Source: Clostridia bacterium (GTDB taxonomy: Bacteria; Bacillota; Clostridia; Acetivibrionales; UBA4821). Taken from it: 64,000 nt of DNA. The notes under the pieces are model-generated. The model worked only from the letters and a program-made list of their open reading frames with translations. It was not told the origin of the DNA and made no database searches. Positions within the stretch are counted from its first letter, which is position 1. Each line of letters opens with the position of its first letter. The stretch covers positions 2,217-66,216 of the forward strand of contig JAWLCD010000011.1 of NCBI GenBank assembly GCA_041687355.1, given 5' to 3'. Made by a program: the position numbers and the translations under genes. Positions 1-9,729 of this stretch are shown here, in pieces.

Positions 1-666
1 GCCTATGAATGCGACCCTGTATCCATATTCGGTGGAATAATTGCTGCCAACAGGGAAATTGACGAGAGAACGGCCAAGGAGATTAACAAGATATTTGTTG
101 AGATAATTATTGCCCCGGCGTATACTGCGGGAGCTCTCGAAGTGCTTAAATCCAAAAAGAATGTGAGGGTTCTGGAGCTTAAGGATATACAAATCAAGTA
201 TACCCAGGGAATGCTCGACTATAAGAAGGTAGGGGGAGGCCTTTTGGTCCAGGAAGTAAATAATGCGTTGCTTGACCCTGCAGAAATCAGGGTAGTAACA
301 AAAGCCCAGCCTGACCAGAAGCAAATGGACGATTTAATATTTGCCTGGAAGACAGTTAAACATGTAAAATCCAATGCAATAGTCATTGCAAGGAATAAGC
401 AAACCATCGGAATCGGACCTGGACAGGTAAACCGTGTATGGGCTACTCAAAGTGCAGTTGAGAGAGGTGGTGAGAGTGCTAGAGGAGCAGTGCTTGCTTC
501 AGATGCATTCTTTCCATTTGCCGATAATATTGAAGCTGCTGCAAAAGCTGGAGTTTCAGCAATTATCCAGCCTGGTGGCTCACTGAAGGATCAGGACTCT
601 ATAGATGCATGCAACAAGCACGGAATTGCTATGGTATTTACGGGGATAAGACATTTTAAACATTAA
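1..666 (+). CDS. purH: AICAR transformylase / IMP cyclohydrolase PurH, C-terminal part (5' end lies outside the window)
   Basis: Frame 1 is open from base 1, so track ORF 142..666 is only its tail. PurH-type C-terminal sequence is present ([42 protein letters not shown]). It sits directly upstream of purD. Confidence 0.9.
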   Translation, partial: AYECDPVSIFGGIIAANREIDERTAKEINKIFVEIIIAPAYTAGALEVLKSKKNVRVLELKDIQIKYTQGMLDYKKVGGGLLVQEVNNALLDPAEIRVVTKAQPDQKQMDDLIFAWKTVKHVKSNAIVIARNKQTIGIGPGQVNRVWATQSAVERGGESARGAVLASDAFFPFADNIEAAAKAGVSAIIQPGGSLKDQDSIDACNKHGIAMVFTGIRHFKH

Positions 667-717
667 AATGCTGCTAAGACTTGGACAGAAGGCCAAGAAA
701 AAGGGGGGAGATAGCTA

Positions 718-1974
718 ATGAAGGTTCTGGTTATTGGAGGAGGAGGTCGGGAGCACACACTTGTATGGAAGATAGTTCAAAGCCCAAGGGTGAAGAAAGT
801 GTATTGCACTCCAGGAAATGGAGGAATAAGCAGGCTGGCCGAGTGTGTTGATATTGAGGCTGGAGATTTAACTGCAGTTGTTAAATTCGCAAAAGAAAAG
901 GAAATAGACCTTGCTGTTGTGGGGCCTGATGACCCGCTTGCAATGGGATTGGTGGATAAGCTGGAGGAGGCAGGAATAAGGACGTTCGGGCCTTGTGCCC
1001 GGGCGGCTGAGATAGAAGCAAGTAAGGTTTTTTCAAAGGACCTGATGAAAAAATACAATATCCCTACAGCACATTACGAAGTATTTGAAGATTCTGACCA
1101 AGCTGTTAGGTATTTAAGAAACTGCACATTCCCAGTTGTCGTAAAGGCTGAAGGTTTAGCCCTGGGCAAGGGCGTTGTTATAGCCGAGGAATTTGAACAC
1201 GCTAAAAATGCAGTTGAAGAAATGATGTTAAAAAGGGTATTCGGTGAGGCTGGAAGACGGATAGTGATTGAAGAATTCCTTGAAGGTCAGGAAGTGTCCA
1301 TACTTACGTTTACAGACGGAAAAACGGTAGTACCTATGGTGAGTTCACAGGACCATAAAAGGGTCTATGACAATGATTGTGGTCCAAATACCGGAGGTAT
1401 GGGAACCTTTTCTCCGAGCAGGATATATTCCAAAGAGCTGGCTGAAGAGTGTATGGAAAGGATATACATACCCACAATAAGGGCTATGGAAAGTGAAGGC
1501 AGAAGGTTCAAGGGTGTACTGTATTTCGGACTCATAATTACCCGAGAAGGCCCAAAGGTTCTTGAATATAATGCCAGATTCGGTGACCCTGAAACCCAGG
1601 TCGTTATTCCGAGGCTCAAAACCGATATAATAGATGTATTTGATGCTGTAATTGATGAAAGACTTGGGCAGGTAAATATAGAGTGGCATCCCGGTGGCGC
1701 AGCGTGTGTGGTTATGGCGTCAGAGGGCTATCCGGGCAAGTATGAGAAAGGTTATGAGATTTCGGGAATCGAAGAGGCTGAAGAACTTGGGTGTATGGTG
1801 TTTCATGCTGGAACAAAAGTTCATAATGGGAAGCTGGTAACCTCGGGGGGCAGGGTACTTGGAGTTTCGGCATTAGGCAGCAGCCTTGAAAGTTCAATAG
1901 AAAAAGCTTATGAAGGTGTGGCCAGAATACGTTTCAAGGGTGCTCATTATAGAAAAGATATCGGAATAAAATAA
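718..1974 (+). CDS. purD: Phosphoribosylamine-glycine ligase (GAR synthetase)
   Basis: 418-aa ORF with N-terminus MKVLVIGGGGREH and a GARS ATP-grasp body (VVKAEGLALGKGV, EYNARFGDPE). A purine-rich RBS lies upstream. Confidence 0.95.
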   Translation: MKVLVIGGGGREHTLVWKIVQSPRVKKVYCTPGNGGISRLAECVDIEAGDLTAVVKFAKEKEIDLAVVGPDDPLAMGLVDKLEEAGIRTFGPCARAAEIEASKVFSKDLMKKYNIPTAHYEVFEDSDQAVRYLRNCTFPVVVKAEGLALGKGVVIAEEFEHAKNAVEEMMLKRVFGEAGRRIVIEEFLEGQEVSILTFTDGKTVVPMVSSQDHKRVYDNDCGPNTGGMGTFSPSRIYSKELAEECMERIYIPTIRAMESEGRRFKGVLYFGLIITREGPKVLEYNARFGDPETQVVIPRLKTDIIDVFDAVIDERLGQVNIEWHPGGAACVVMASEGYPGKYEKGYEISGIEEAEELGCMVFHAGTKVHNGKLVTSGGRVLGVSALGSSLESSIEKAYEGVARIRFKGAHYRKDIGIK

Positions 1975-1975
1975 C

Positions 1976-2027
1976 AAACGGGAAATTCAATAAAATTTGG
2001 TGTTTAATTTTATTGAATTTCCCGTTT
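1976..2027. terminator. Long hairpin between the convergent purD and the small minus-strand gene (possible bidirectional terminator)
   Basis: AAACGGGAAATTCAATAAAATT / AATTTTATTGAATTTCCCGTTT forms ~22-bp arms with A/T runs at both ends. Confidence 0.6.
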
Positions 2028-2119
2028 AAGTTCGCTGCGCTCACAACTTCTTAGATGTAGCTTTTGTTGAAATCTAGTCATAGCAACGCTTTGCAGTGGA
2101 CTTTCCTAGATTATAACAA

Positions 2120-2147
2120 AACAGGTAAGGATTAATCCTTACCTGTT
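2120..2147 (-). terminator. Hairpin downstream of the 61-aa minus-strand ORF
   Basis: AACAGGTAAGGA-TTAA-TCCTTACCTGTT, followed on the minus strand by TTTGTT. Confidence 0.55.
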
Positions 2148-2153
2148 GAACTC

Positions 2154-2339
2154 TTATCTCCTTTTCCTATGCTGAAACAGGTCTATTCCACCCAAGACAA
2201 CATGGGCAAGACCGAAACCAGCTACGCCGGAAGCAATCAGAGGAGTAACCGGCAGCAATGCCAATCCGGTAGCTGTAACAGCGGTGCCGACTACTGCAGG
2301 AACAGTACCCTCACGCCATTTTCTTCTTTTCATAAACAA
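2154..2339 (-). CDS. Small hydrophobic (Gly/Ala/Val-rich) membrane protein of unknown function, co-oriented with the ArsR-type regulator
   Basis: 61-aa ORF with a strong RBS (AAGGAGGTAG, read on the minus strand). One or two predicted TM segments have basic termini. Confidence 0.55.
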   Translation of the reverse strand: MFMKRRKWREGTVPAVVGTAVTATGLALLPVTPLIASGVAGFGLAHVVLGGIDLFQHRKRR

Positions 2340-2404
2340 CTACCTCCTTTTTTGAGTTCATAAATTAGGTTGCGGAGATAGCAGTTTTTTATTCGGTAGA
2401 TTTT

Positions 2405-2674
2405 TTATTCAAAAAGGCAGTTAATTACATTAATAATATCCCTATCAACCACTTTATAACATACTTCAGAACCAGTTCTATTACCTTCGACAATTCCTGC
2501 AGCTCTAAGCTTGGAAAGATGCTGTGAAACGCTGGACTGCGAGATTCCCAGACAATCCTGTATATTTGATACATTGCTTGGAGATTCCATAAGCTTCTTT
2601 ACAATGCATAACCTATTTAGATGTGCAATTACTTTTAGCTTTTCTGATAGTACCAGATACTGCCTTTTTGTCAT
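2405..2674 (-). CDS. ArsR/SmtB-family winged-helix transcriptional regulator
   Basis: Carries an ArsR-type HTH (NVSNIQDCLGISQSSVSQHLSKLRAAGIV). I place the start at the second Met (MTKRQ) because AGGTGG lies 5 nt upstream of it. The track ORF extends to 2689. Confidence 0.85.
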   Translation of the reverse strand: MTKRQYLVLSEKLKVIAHLNRLCIVKKLMESPSNVSNIQDCLGISQSSVSQHLSKLRAAGIVEGNRTGSEVCYKVVDRDIINVINCLFE

Positions 2675-2910
2675 TTTAACCACCTGCAATTTTACATATT
2701 TAATAGATATATATCTTATTTTGGATTATAAATTCTAGTATTTCTATAATTATATTGGTTTGGGAAATTATTCTATATTTACATATTATAATAGTCTTGC
2801 TAGGTAGTCAATAATTAATTTCCTTATAGCTGGAAAATAAGGCTTACATTGTGAAAGTAAAAGAAATGTATGGGTCTAGGGAAAATGAATTAATTTCAAA
2901 GATACAAATG

Positions 2911-2939
2911 TTGACATAAGACTTCCGGGTTGTTATATT
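2911..2939 (+). promoter_or_regulatory. Sigma-A type promoter for the valS T-box leader
   Basis: TTGACA (2911-2916), 17-nt spacer, TATATT (2934-2939). Confidence 0.6.
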
Positions 2940-2945
2940 ATATAT

Positions 2946-3198
2946 TAACAAAACATAGGGAATAAGCCAAAAACAAAGATGGAGAGGAGTAAGCAGCACA
3001 GCCTCCAAGAGAGAAGCACCCACAGGCTGAAAGGTGCATCAGGTAAAACTGCTGAAGGTCGCTCTGGAGTTCTGCAGTTAAATATCAGTAGACTGCAGCG
3101 GGTAGTGCCGTTATACACTTTGAGTGTATATTCCACATCGGAATATAAATTAAGGTGGTACCACGGAACCTTCGTCCTTAGGAAACGGAGGTTTTTTT
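2946..3198 (+). promoter_or_regulatory. T-box leader (tRNA-sensing riboswitch), probably Val-specific
   Basis: The conserved T-box core AATTAAGGTGGTACCACGG sits at 3148-3166. It is followed by a terminator hairpin and T-run (3167-3198). An AGAGA element lies in the Stem I region near 3009. The best specifier candidate is GUC at 3058-3060 (GAAG-GUC-G), but this was not verified by folding. Confidence 0.85.
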
Positions 3199-3217
3199 AT
3201 TCGGGAGGTGAAGCAAA

Positions 3218-3424
3218 ATGAGTTTTTACTTTATTACAGGTATTTCGTTTATGGGGGTTGGAGCCATAGTTGTGTATTTCGCAAGATTCTTGCTGAAGAG
3301 CTTTCTGCCCGGCTTTATGAATGAAAAAGGTATATTGACTGCAAAGCTGATTGGACTCACACTGGTGGTCCTGGGAGCGTTTATAATATTTTTCAGCGGG
3401 GTCTCAGAGTTCAGAAGTCCATGA
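3218..3424 (+). CDS. Small two-TM membrane protein of unknown function, between the T-box terminator and valS
   Basis: 68-aa ORF with RBS GGGAGGTG 7 nt upstream of the ATG. Two hydrophobic segments are present. Confidence 0.6.
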   Translation: MSFYFITGISFMGVGAIVVYFARFLLKSFLPGFMNEKGILTAKLIGLTLVVLGAFIIFFSGVSEFRSP

Positions 3425-3472
3425 TACAGATATTGAAAAAATCGGGAATAGAATTTAAAGGAGGAATGGAAT

Positions 3473-6124
3473 ATGTCTGAACAAAGATTGATTTCAAAGA
3501 CCTATGAACCTGATAAAGTTGAAGAAAAAACCTATAGAGAATGGATGGGAAAAGGATATTTCAGGGCTGAGATAGACAAAGACAAGGAACCTTATACCAT
3601 CGTGATGCCACCTCCTAACGTAACCGGTCAGCTGCATATGGGTCATGCGCTTGACAATACCCTGCAGGATATTCTAATCAGGTGGAGAAGGATGCAGGGA
3701 TACTCTGCCTTGTGGCTTCCGGGAACCGACCATGCAGGTATTTCTACCGAAGCTAAGGTTGTTGAGAAACTGAGACAGGAAGGGTTAACCAAAGAGGCCC
3801 TTGGTAGGGAGAAATACCTTGAAAGAGCATGGGAGTGGAAGAAACAGTATGGCGGCAGGATAGTTGAACAGCTTAAGAAGCTGGGCTGTTCCTGTGATTG
3901 GTCGCGTGAAAGGTTTACACTGGATGAAGGGCTTTCGTCAGCGGTCACCGAGGTTTTTGTCAAGCTCTATAAAAAGGGCTTGATTTATAAGGGCGAGAGG
4001 ATAATAAACTGGTGTCCCAAGTGCAGAACTTCCATTTCGGATGCAGAGGTTGAATATGAAGAGAAAAGCGGCAGCCTGTGGTATATAAAATACCCGACAC
4101 CTGATGGAACTGACGGTATAGTTGTTGCCACCACAAGACCGGAGACAATGCTGGGTGATACGGCTGTAGCAGTTCATCCCGAGGATGAAAGATATAAGCA
4201 ACTTATAGGCAGAACAGTTGTCCTTCCGCTTATGAACAGGGAAATACCGGTGATTGCAGACCAATATGTGGATAAGGAATTCGGTACAGGGGCTGTTAAG
4301 ATTACCCCTGCCCATGATCCTAATGATTTTGAAGTTGGTCTCAGGCATAACCTTGAACAGATTAAGGTAATTGATGATGCTGGAATCATGAGTAAAAATG
4401 CGGGTAGATATGAAGGTATGGAAAGATACCAGGCAAGGAAGGCTATAGTCGAAGATTTGACAAAGCTGGGACTGCTTGAGAAAACCGAAGAGCATAAGCA
4501 TAATGTCGGAGGGTGTTACCGCTGTAATACTGTAATAGAACCTTCACTCTCAGAACAGTGGTTTGTTAAAATGAAGCCCCTGGCTGAGCCTGCAATCCGG
4601 GTTGTAAAGGAAGGGAAGATTAAATTTGTCCCAGACAGATTCTCAAAGATTTACTTCAATTGGATGGAGAATATCCAGGATTGGTGTATTTCGAGGCAGT
4701 TATGGTGGGGGCACAGGATTCCAGCCTATTATTGTTTGGACTGCGGGTATATAATGGTTGAAAAGGAGCCGCCTTCAAGCTGTGAAAAGTGCGGAAGTAA
4801 AAATATAAAGCAGGATGAAGATACGCTGGATACGTGGTTCAGCTCGGCACTCTGGCCCTTCTCCACCCTGGGGTGGCCGGAGAAGACCCAGGACCTTGAG
4901 TACTTCTATCCGACCAGTGTACTTGTTACAGCTTATGACATCATCTTCTTCTGGGTTGCAAGAATGATATTCTCCGGGATGGAGCATATGGCTGAGGAGC
5001 CGTTCAAGTATGTATTTATCCATGGCATTGTCAGGGATGCCCAGGGAAGAAAGATGTCCAAATCCTTAGGGAACGGAATTGACCCTATTGAGGTAATAGA
5101 CAAGTACGGTACAGATGCGTTAAGGTTTTCACTCACTATAGGCAATACACCCGGTAATGACATAAGGTTTTCAACCGAAAAGATAGAATCGGTGAGGAAC
5201 TTTGCCAACAAGATATGGAATGCTTCAAGGTTTGTTTTAATGAATCTGGAGCAGGGTAGGGATGACGCCAGCCATGCCCCCTTAAGGTTTACGCTTGCGG
5301 ATAAATGGATTCTCAGTAGGGTAAACCAGCTGGTACAGGAAGTAACAGATAATATGGAGAAATTTGAATTTGGTATTGCCGCTCAGAAATTGTATGAGTT
5401 CTTCTGGGATGAATTCTGCGATTGGTATATTGAAATGGTAAAACCAAGACTGTATGATATAAATAATCCCTCAAGACCCGAAGCGCAGTATGTTCTGACT
5501 AAAGTGCTGAGTACGGCATTAAAGCTTCTGCATCCATACATGCCGTTTATTACAGAAGAGATATACAGGAACCTGGTTGATGAAGACACAAGTATTATGG
5601 TTTCCGAATGGCCAGGGTTTGACCGCAGTCTTAGATATGAAGCCGACCAGGAAGATATGGCTCTAATTATGGAAACCATAAAATCAATAAGGAACATTAG
5701 AGCCGAGATGAACGTTCCTGCCAGCAGGAAATCCAAGGTGTTCTTAGTAACCGGGGATACCGGAATAAGGGAACTCCTTGACAGAGAGAAGACTTATTTT
5801 GAAAGACTGGCCTGGTCTGAAATTGAAATAAGACAGAATAGGCATGGGATTTCAAAGAATGTAGTTTCGGCAGTAATACCCGGAGTTGAGATATTTATTC
5901 CTTTTGAGGAACTGGTTGATGTGAGTAAGGAAATTGAAAGGCTGGGAAGGGAGAAGGCCGACCTCGAAAAGGAACTGCATAGGGTAAACGGACTGTTAAG
6001 TAATGAAAAATTCATGCAAAAGGCGCCTAAAAAGGTTGTGGACGAGGAGAAAGAAAAGAAAGTCCGTTATACCGAAATGATGGAAAAAGTTGTTGAGAGG
6101 CTGGAGAGCCTTAAGAATAATTGA
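3473..6124 (+). CDS. valS: Valyl-tRNA synthetase
   Basis: 883 aa. It has the class I HIGH motif (GQLHMGHA), the KMSKS motif, a CP1 editing domain and a C-terminal coiled coil. Confidence 0.97.
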   Translation: MSEQRLISKTYEPDKVEEKTYREWMGKGYFRAEIDKDKEPYTIVMPPPNVTGQLHMGHALDNTLQDILIRWRRMQGYSALWLPGTDHAGISTEAKVVEKLRQEGLTKEALGREKYLERAWEWKKQYGGRIVEQLKKLGCSCDWSRERFTLDEGLSSAVTEVFVKLYKKGLIYKGERIINWCPKCRTSISDAEVEYEEKSGSLWYIKYPTPDGTDGIVVATTRPETMLGDTAVAVHPEDERYKQLIGRTVVLPLMNREIPVIADQYVDKEFGTGAVKITPAHDPNDFEVGLRHNLEQIKVIDDAGIMSKNAGRYEGMERYQARKAIVEDLTKLGLLEKTEEHKHNVGGCYRCNTVIEPSLSEQWFVKMKPLAEPAIRVVKEGKIKFVPDRFSKIYFNWMENIQDWCISRQLWWGHRIPAYYCLDCGYIMVEKEPPSSCEKCGSKNIKQDEDTLDTWFSSALWPFSTLGWPEKTQDLEYFYPTSVLVTAYDIIFFWVARMIFSGMEHMAEEPFKYVFIHGIVRDAQGRKMSKSLGNGIDPIEVIDKYGTDALRFSLTIGNTPGNDIRFSTEKIESVRNFANKIWNASRFVLMNLEQGRDDASHAPLRFTLADKWILSRVNQLVQEVTDNMEKFEFGIAAQKLYEFFWDEFCDWYIEMVKPRLYDINNPSRPEAQYVLTKVLSTALKLLHPYMPFITEEIYRNLVDEDTSIMVSEWPGFDRSLRYEADQEDMALIMETIKSIRNIRAEMNVPASRKSKVFLVTGDTGIRELLDREKTYFERLAWSEIEIRQNRHGISKNVVSAVIPGVEIFIPFEELVDVSKEIERLGREKADLEKELHRVNGLLSNEKFMQKAPKKVVDEEKEKKVRYTEMMEKVVERLESLKNN

Positions 6125-6140
6125 TTGAATTGATAAAATA

Positions 6141-6172
6141 CAGAAAGGACCGGAATATTCCGGTCCTTTCTG
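6141..6172. terminator. Bidirectional hairpin terminator between valS and the convergent two-gene operon
   Basis: CAGAAAGGACCGGAATATTCCGGTCCTTTCTG is a perfect palindrome flanked by A/T-rich sequence. Confidence 0.8.
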
Positions 6173-6176
6173 TATT

Positions 6177-6671
6177 TTAAATTGTCAGTCTCCTTATAGG
6201 TAAAGTGAGGAAGTTAAGCTTATTAATAAGCAAGAATACTCTGGCATAAACCATCCTGACCCTGCTTCTACGGACAGCCATTAAACACAGATGGTCCTTT
6301 AGCCCGGCCAATGACAAGGTAATGTCATTCATAAGTATATCCCTGTAGTAATAACTCTTTTCTTTCTTTAAGGCTCGGGCACACATCTGAATCTTGTAAA
6401 TATATGGCTGCTGGTCTGGATGTGCATACCGCAGAACCTCTTCTGCAACAGCCAAGAGCTTGTCTGGGTCTGCATAGGGCATACCGCTTGAGGTATTACG
6501 GATACCACCGCAGTTAGCCAATCTGTTTACAACCTTTCCTGGGTCCGTACCTGGAACATGCTTAAACGTATATTTTATATCATCTTCGTGGATTGGTACT
6601 GAACGTCGTGCCAGGCGTGTATGTGCAGATGGCTCTCCTATACGTACTTTCGTTTTAAGTCTTTCTCTCAT
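6177..6671 (-). CDS. Hypothetical protein, no family recognised (second gene of a two-gene operon)
   Basis: 164-aa ORF from the ATG at 6671, with RBS AAAGGAGGTG upstream. No motif I can assign. Confidence 0.5.
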   Translation of the reverse strand: MRERLKTKVRIGEPSAHTRLARRSVPIHEDDIKYTFKHVPGTDPGKVVNRLANCGGIRNTSSGMPYADPDKLLAVAEEVLRYAHPDQQPYIYKIQMCARALKKEKSYYYRDILMNDITLSLAGLKDHLCLMAVRRSRVRMVYARVFLLINKLNFLTLPIRRLTI

Positions 6672-6695
6672 TCCCAAGCACCTCCTTTGAAGCCG

Positions 6696-7019
6696 TTACT
6701 TGACGTCCTTAATGTAGTGGTAGAATTCCATGAGTTCTGTTTCGCAATCACGTTTATGAACAAATGGCGCAAGGCTTTTAACAAGCTGCTGCCTGCTCTC
6801 ACTCACTATTATCCGCTGTCTGTACTCAGGTATCTGGGTTGAGAACAGGTTGCTGAGGTGGTTTCCCAAATGGAGCCTCAATCTTTGCAGCGATCGGCCT
6901 GATCTTTCAAGCTTGCGGATATGTTCCAGAATCTGTTTGCACCTTGTCTTCTCAAGAGACAGGGAAGCGCCTTGTGACGAAAGGAATGCAGATCTGTAAC
7001 CTGACTTTTTGTAACCCAT
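6696..7019 (-). CDS. Hypothetical protein, no family recognised (first gene of a two-gene operon)
   Basis: 107-aa ORF with RBS AAGGAGGAAATCTG-ATG. The product is basic and predicted helical. Confidence 0.5.
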   Translation of the reverse strand: MGYKKSGYRSAFLSSQGASLSLEKTRCKQILEHIRKLERSGRSLQRLRLHLGNHLSNLFSTQIPEYRQRIIVSESRQQLVKSLAPFVHKRDCETELMEFYHYIKDVK

Positions 7020-7132
7020 CAGATTTCCTCCTTAACGGCTGACATAAAGCCGCTGATTTGATATACAACTCCTTGGTCGAAATTATTCCGAACAGGTTAA
7101 GACATATAGAATTTTTGAGTAGATAATGTTTA

Positions 7133-7161
7133 ATTTTACTATTATTTTAAAGCAAGTTCAA
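7133..7161 (-). promoter_or_regulatory. Sigma-A type promoter for the 7019..6177 operon
   Basis: On the minus strand: TTGAAC (7161-7156), 17-nt spacer, TAAAAT (7138-7133). Confidence 0.55.
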
Positions 7162-7266
7162 GAGAAAAAAGCATATTATTAACTTTTTGCAGAACAATAT
7201 CTTTTTTCATGTGTGCCGGTTTGTTATAATGAATTCAGGATCATAACAGGATTCAGGAGAAATAGT

Positions 7267-8529
7267 ATGCAGAAAAAAACAATGCCGTTCTGGAAGGATT
7301 ACTGCAGGCCAAGATATAAGGATGAGATTGAGAATATTCAATCTGAGTTTCTTGCGCCGTATGCTGCTGTCACGACTGCCGGAAGAAGGTACAAAGAGGA
7401 GAGTTACAAGCTGGAGACCCGTTCCGAGTTCCAGCATGACAGGGACAGGATAATTCACTCCAAGGCATTCAGGAGACTATTATACAAGACTCAGGTATTT
7501 GTAAACCATGAAGGAGACCATTATCGTACAAGGCTGACGCACAGTATGGAGGCAGCCCAGATAGCAAGGAGCATATCAAGATGTCTCGGGCTGAATGAAG
7601 ATTTGACAGAAGCTATTTCGCTCGGGCACGACCTTGGACATACACCTTTTGGACATGCTGTGGAAGGACTGCTTGACAGATATCTTAAGGAAGAAGGTGG
7701 CTTTCTTCACAACCAGCATGGTGTAAGAGTGGTTGATATTCTGGAAAACAAGCCTGGCTATCCCCAGGGGGATTTCGGGCTGAACCTTACATGGGAAGTA
7801 AGGGAGGGGATACTAAAGCATACCGGTGATTCAAGCGGAATATATGCAGACCTTTGTCCGGATAAGCCGGGTTCGTTGGAATCCCAGGTTGTCTATTATG
7901 CGGATAAGATAGCATATATTTGCCACGACCTTGAAGACGCCATGAGTGCAGGCATAATTGATGAACTCAAGAAAAGCTGTATCATAGGCCAGGAATATCC
8001 TGAAAAGTTCTGGTATGATTTCGGAGTGGAGAAGTGTCACATAGATAAAGGTGTAAGTCCGCTTATCGGAGTTCTTACAAGGGTACTTACAGAGGAAACC
8101 ATAAAGGTAATTAGCAGGTACAATATAGACAGCACTGAGAAGGTAAGAAAGTTTTGCGACAATGGGGAAAACTTAAACAGGATTGTTACTTTCGGGCCTT
8201 TTGAATCCAGGTTCAAGGAATTAAAAGGGTTTGTATACAAATACATATACAGCAGTCCGGTTGTATCAGTCATGGATGTAAAAGCTGTGAGGGTTATCAG
8301 AAAAATATTTCATACCTATAAAAGAAATCCTGAGCAGCTGCCCTACCCGGTCTATGACTTATATATAAAAACTGTGGAAAAGCCGGAGAAACTCGGGAAT
8401 GGATACCTAACTACACCGCTGAGGGTAATATGCGATTATATTGCTTCAATGACTGACAGGTATGCAATTGAGGAATACGACAGACTGTTCAATCCACATT
8501 CTAAAGTCTATAAAGGTGTATCAATATGA
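7267..8529 (+). CDS. dgt: dGTP triphosphohydrolase-like HD-domain protein
   Basis: Shows the dGTPase-family pattern (FQHDRDRIIHSKAFRRL, YRTRLTHSMEAAQIAR, GHDLGHTPFGH, DKIAYICHDLEDA). I chose the start at MQKK because AGGAGA lies upstream of it. The track ORF begins at 7213. Confidence 0.85.
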   Translation: MQKKTMPFWKDYCRPRYKDEIENIQSEFLAPYAAVTTAGRRYKEESYKLETRSEFQHDRDRIIHSKAFRRLLYKTQVFVNHEGDHYRTRLTHSMEAAQIARSISRCLGLNEDLTEAISLGHDLGHTPFGHAVEGLLDRYLKEEGGFLHNQHGVRVVDILENKPGYPQGDFGLNLTWEVREGILKHTGDSSGIYADLCPDKPGSLESQVVYYADKIAYICHDLEDAMSAGIIDELKKSCIIGQEYPEKFWYDFGVEKCHIDKGVSPLIGVLTRVLTEETIKVISRYNIDSTEKVRKFCDNGENLNRIVTFGPFESRFKELKGFVYKYIYSSPVVSVMDVKAVRVIRKIFHTYKRNPEQLPYPVYDLYIKTVEKPEKLGNGYLTTPLRVICDYIASMTDRYAIEEYDRLFNPHSKVYKGVSI

Positions 8530-9113
8530 ACAAGTATGCCGGTTTCTATGAACTTAAGTCTTTAAACATACCGACAGTTCCCTGGGAAAGGTTTCAGGTT
8601 AACACCATACTGGACCGGCGCTATCTATGGACAATAAGGGCAGCTGTCGAAAATGGAAATGACCTTGGACTTCCTAGAGCTGTAGGAGTGATGGCTGAGG
8701 AAGCATATATGAAGGGTATGGAGTTCCTGCGCAAGTTTGGTGATACAGGCTTGGTAATCTACTACCCTTATTTCATAGCTGAAAAAAGCGGGGTTATTGA
8801 TATAAGCAGTGGGAGAACGGTTGTTGAAGGGGTAAAAGGCGATTTGTGGAACCTGGTCTCACATGGTGTAAAAGATGTTACGGTGATTATTGAAGACACA
8901 AATCATTATTTTAGAGGGGAAAAGGATTTTTTGTCAGAAGATGAGATGAATGAAATTCTGGGTTATTCGAATATACTAAGAGGTAGGTACAGGAATATTC
9001 TAACTGAAGGGAAGTCGCTGATGCTGGAGTGGAGTTATGCGTTTAAATCAGATATCAATAATAGGCCTACAGGAGACAGATATTTAGTGTTTTACGAAAT
9101 GAGAGCAACCTAA
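8526..9113 (+). CDS. Hypothetical protein with weak resemblance to a PEP-utilising/ATP-grasp nucleotide-binding fold
   Basis: 195-aa ORF whose ATG overlaps the dgt stop (ATGA), implying translational coupling. The segment VIYYPYFIAEKSGVIDI...VVEGVKGDLWNLVSHG resembles the ATP-grasp part of PEP synthase/PPDK-type enzymes, but only by eye. Confidence 0.55.
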   Translation: MNKYAGFYELKSLNIPTVPWERFQVNTILDRRYLWTIRAAVENGNDLGLPRAVGVMAEEAYMKGMEFLRKFGDTGLVIYYPYFIAEKSGVIDISSGRTVVEGVKGDLWNLVSHGVKDVTVIIEDTNHYFRGEKDFLSEDEMNEILGYSNILRGRYRNILTEGKSLMLEWSYAFKSDINNRPTGDRYLVFYEMRAT

Positions 9114-9315
9114 TGAATAATGCTATGAATTATTGGTTGTTTTAGAAAGATGTATACAAGTGGAAGAGGTTTGACACAATAACTCATATTTGATATACAT
9201 ATGTTATATAAGAATAAGGTAGTATCGGAATAAGATGTATACTTACAGTAGAAAAAAGTATTTTTTTGTGCTATAATTAATTTGAGCAATTCATTACAGG
9301 AAGGAGAGGTTGAGT

Positions 9316-9729
9316 ATGGCTGAACAAACCAAGGCCAAGGATGGTAACGTGGGCAGCATCAGGATAGCTAATGAGGTGGTTGCAATAATTGCCGGTCTGG
9401 CTGCAACTGAGGTTGCCGGAGTTGCAGGCATGAGCGGTGGTATTGCAGGCGATATAGTTGAGATTCTTCGGGGCAAGAACCTTTCCAAGGGAGTTAAAGT
9501 TGAAGTAGGAGAAAAGGAAACTGCCATAGATTTGTTTATCATAGTAGAGTATGGAGTTAGAATTCCTGATATCGCATGGGAGATTCAGAACAAGGTCAAG
9601 AAGGCTGTCGAGACCATGACAGGGCTTAATGTTGTTGAAGTAAATATCAATGTTCAGGCAGTGAATATTGAAAGGGAAACCAAGAAAGAACATAAGGAAA
9701 AAGAAGAGGAAGCTCACAGGGTTAAATAA
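9316..9729 (+). CDS. asp23: Asp23/Gls24-family alkaline shock protein
   Basis: Has the Asp23 signature N-terminus (IRIANEVVAIIAGLAATEVAGVAGM). RBS AGGAGAGG lies 7 nt upstream of the ATG at 9316. Confidence 0.9.
   Translation: MAEQTKAKDGNVGSIRIANEVVAIIAGLAATEVAGVAGMSGGIAGDIVEILRGKNLSKGVKVEVGEKETAIDLFIIVEYGVRIPDIAWEIQNKVKKAVETMTGLNVVEVNINVQAVNIERETKKEHKEKEEEAHRVK

Noticed and set aside
3643-5736. Multiple antisense ORFs of 60-190 aa inside valS, with similar ones inside ileS, comEC, dxs, gcv and the MCP genes
   Set aside because: They lie opposite long, well-supported coding regions and have no start signals. These are typical shadow ORFs.
6671-7019. The two hypothetical ORFs share a reading frame and are separated by one stop codon, considered as a single pseudogene with an in-frame stop
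   Set aside because: The 18-nt gap contains a near-consensus RBS (AAAGGAGGTG) correctly spaced before the second ATG. Two separate genes is the simpler reading.
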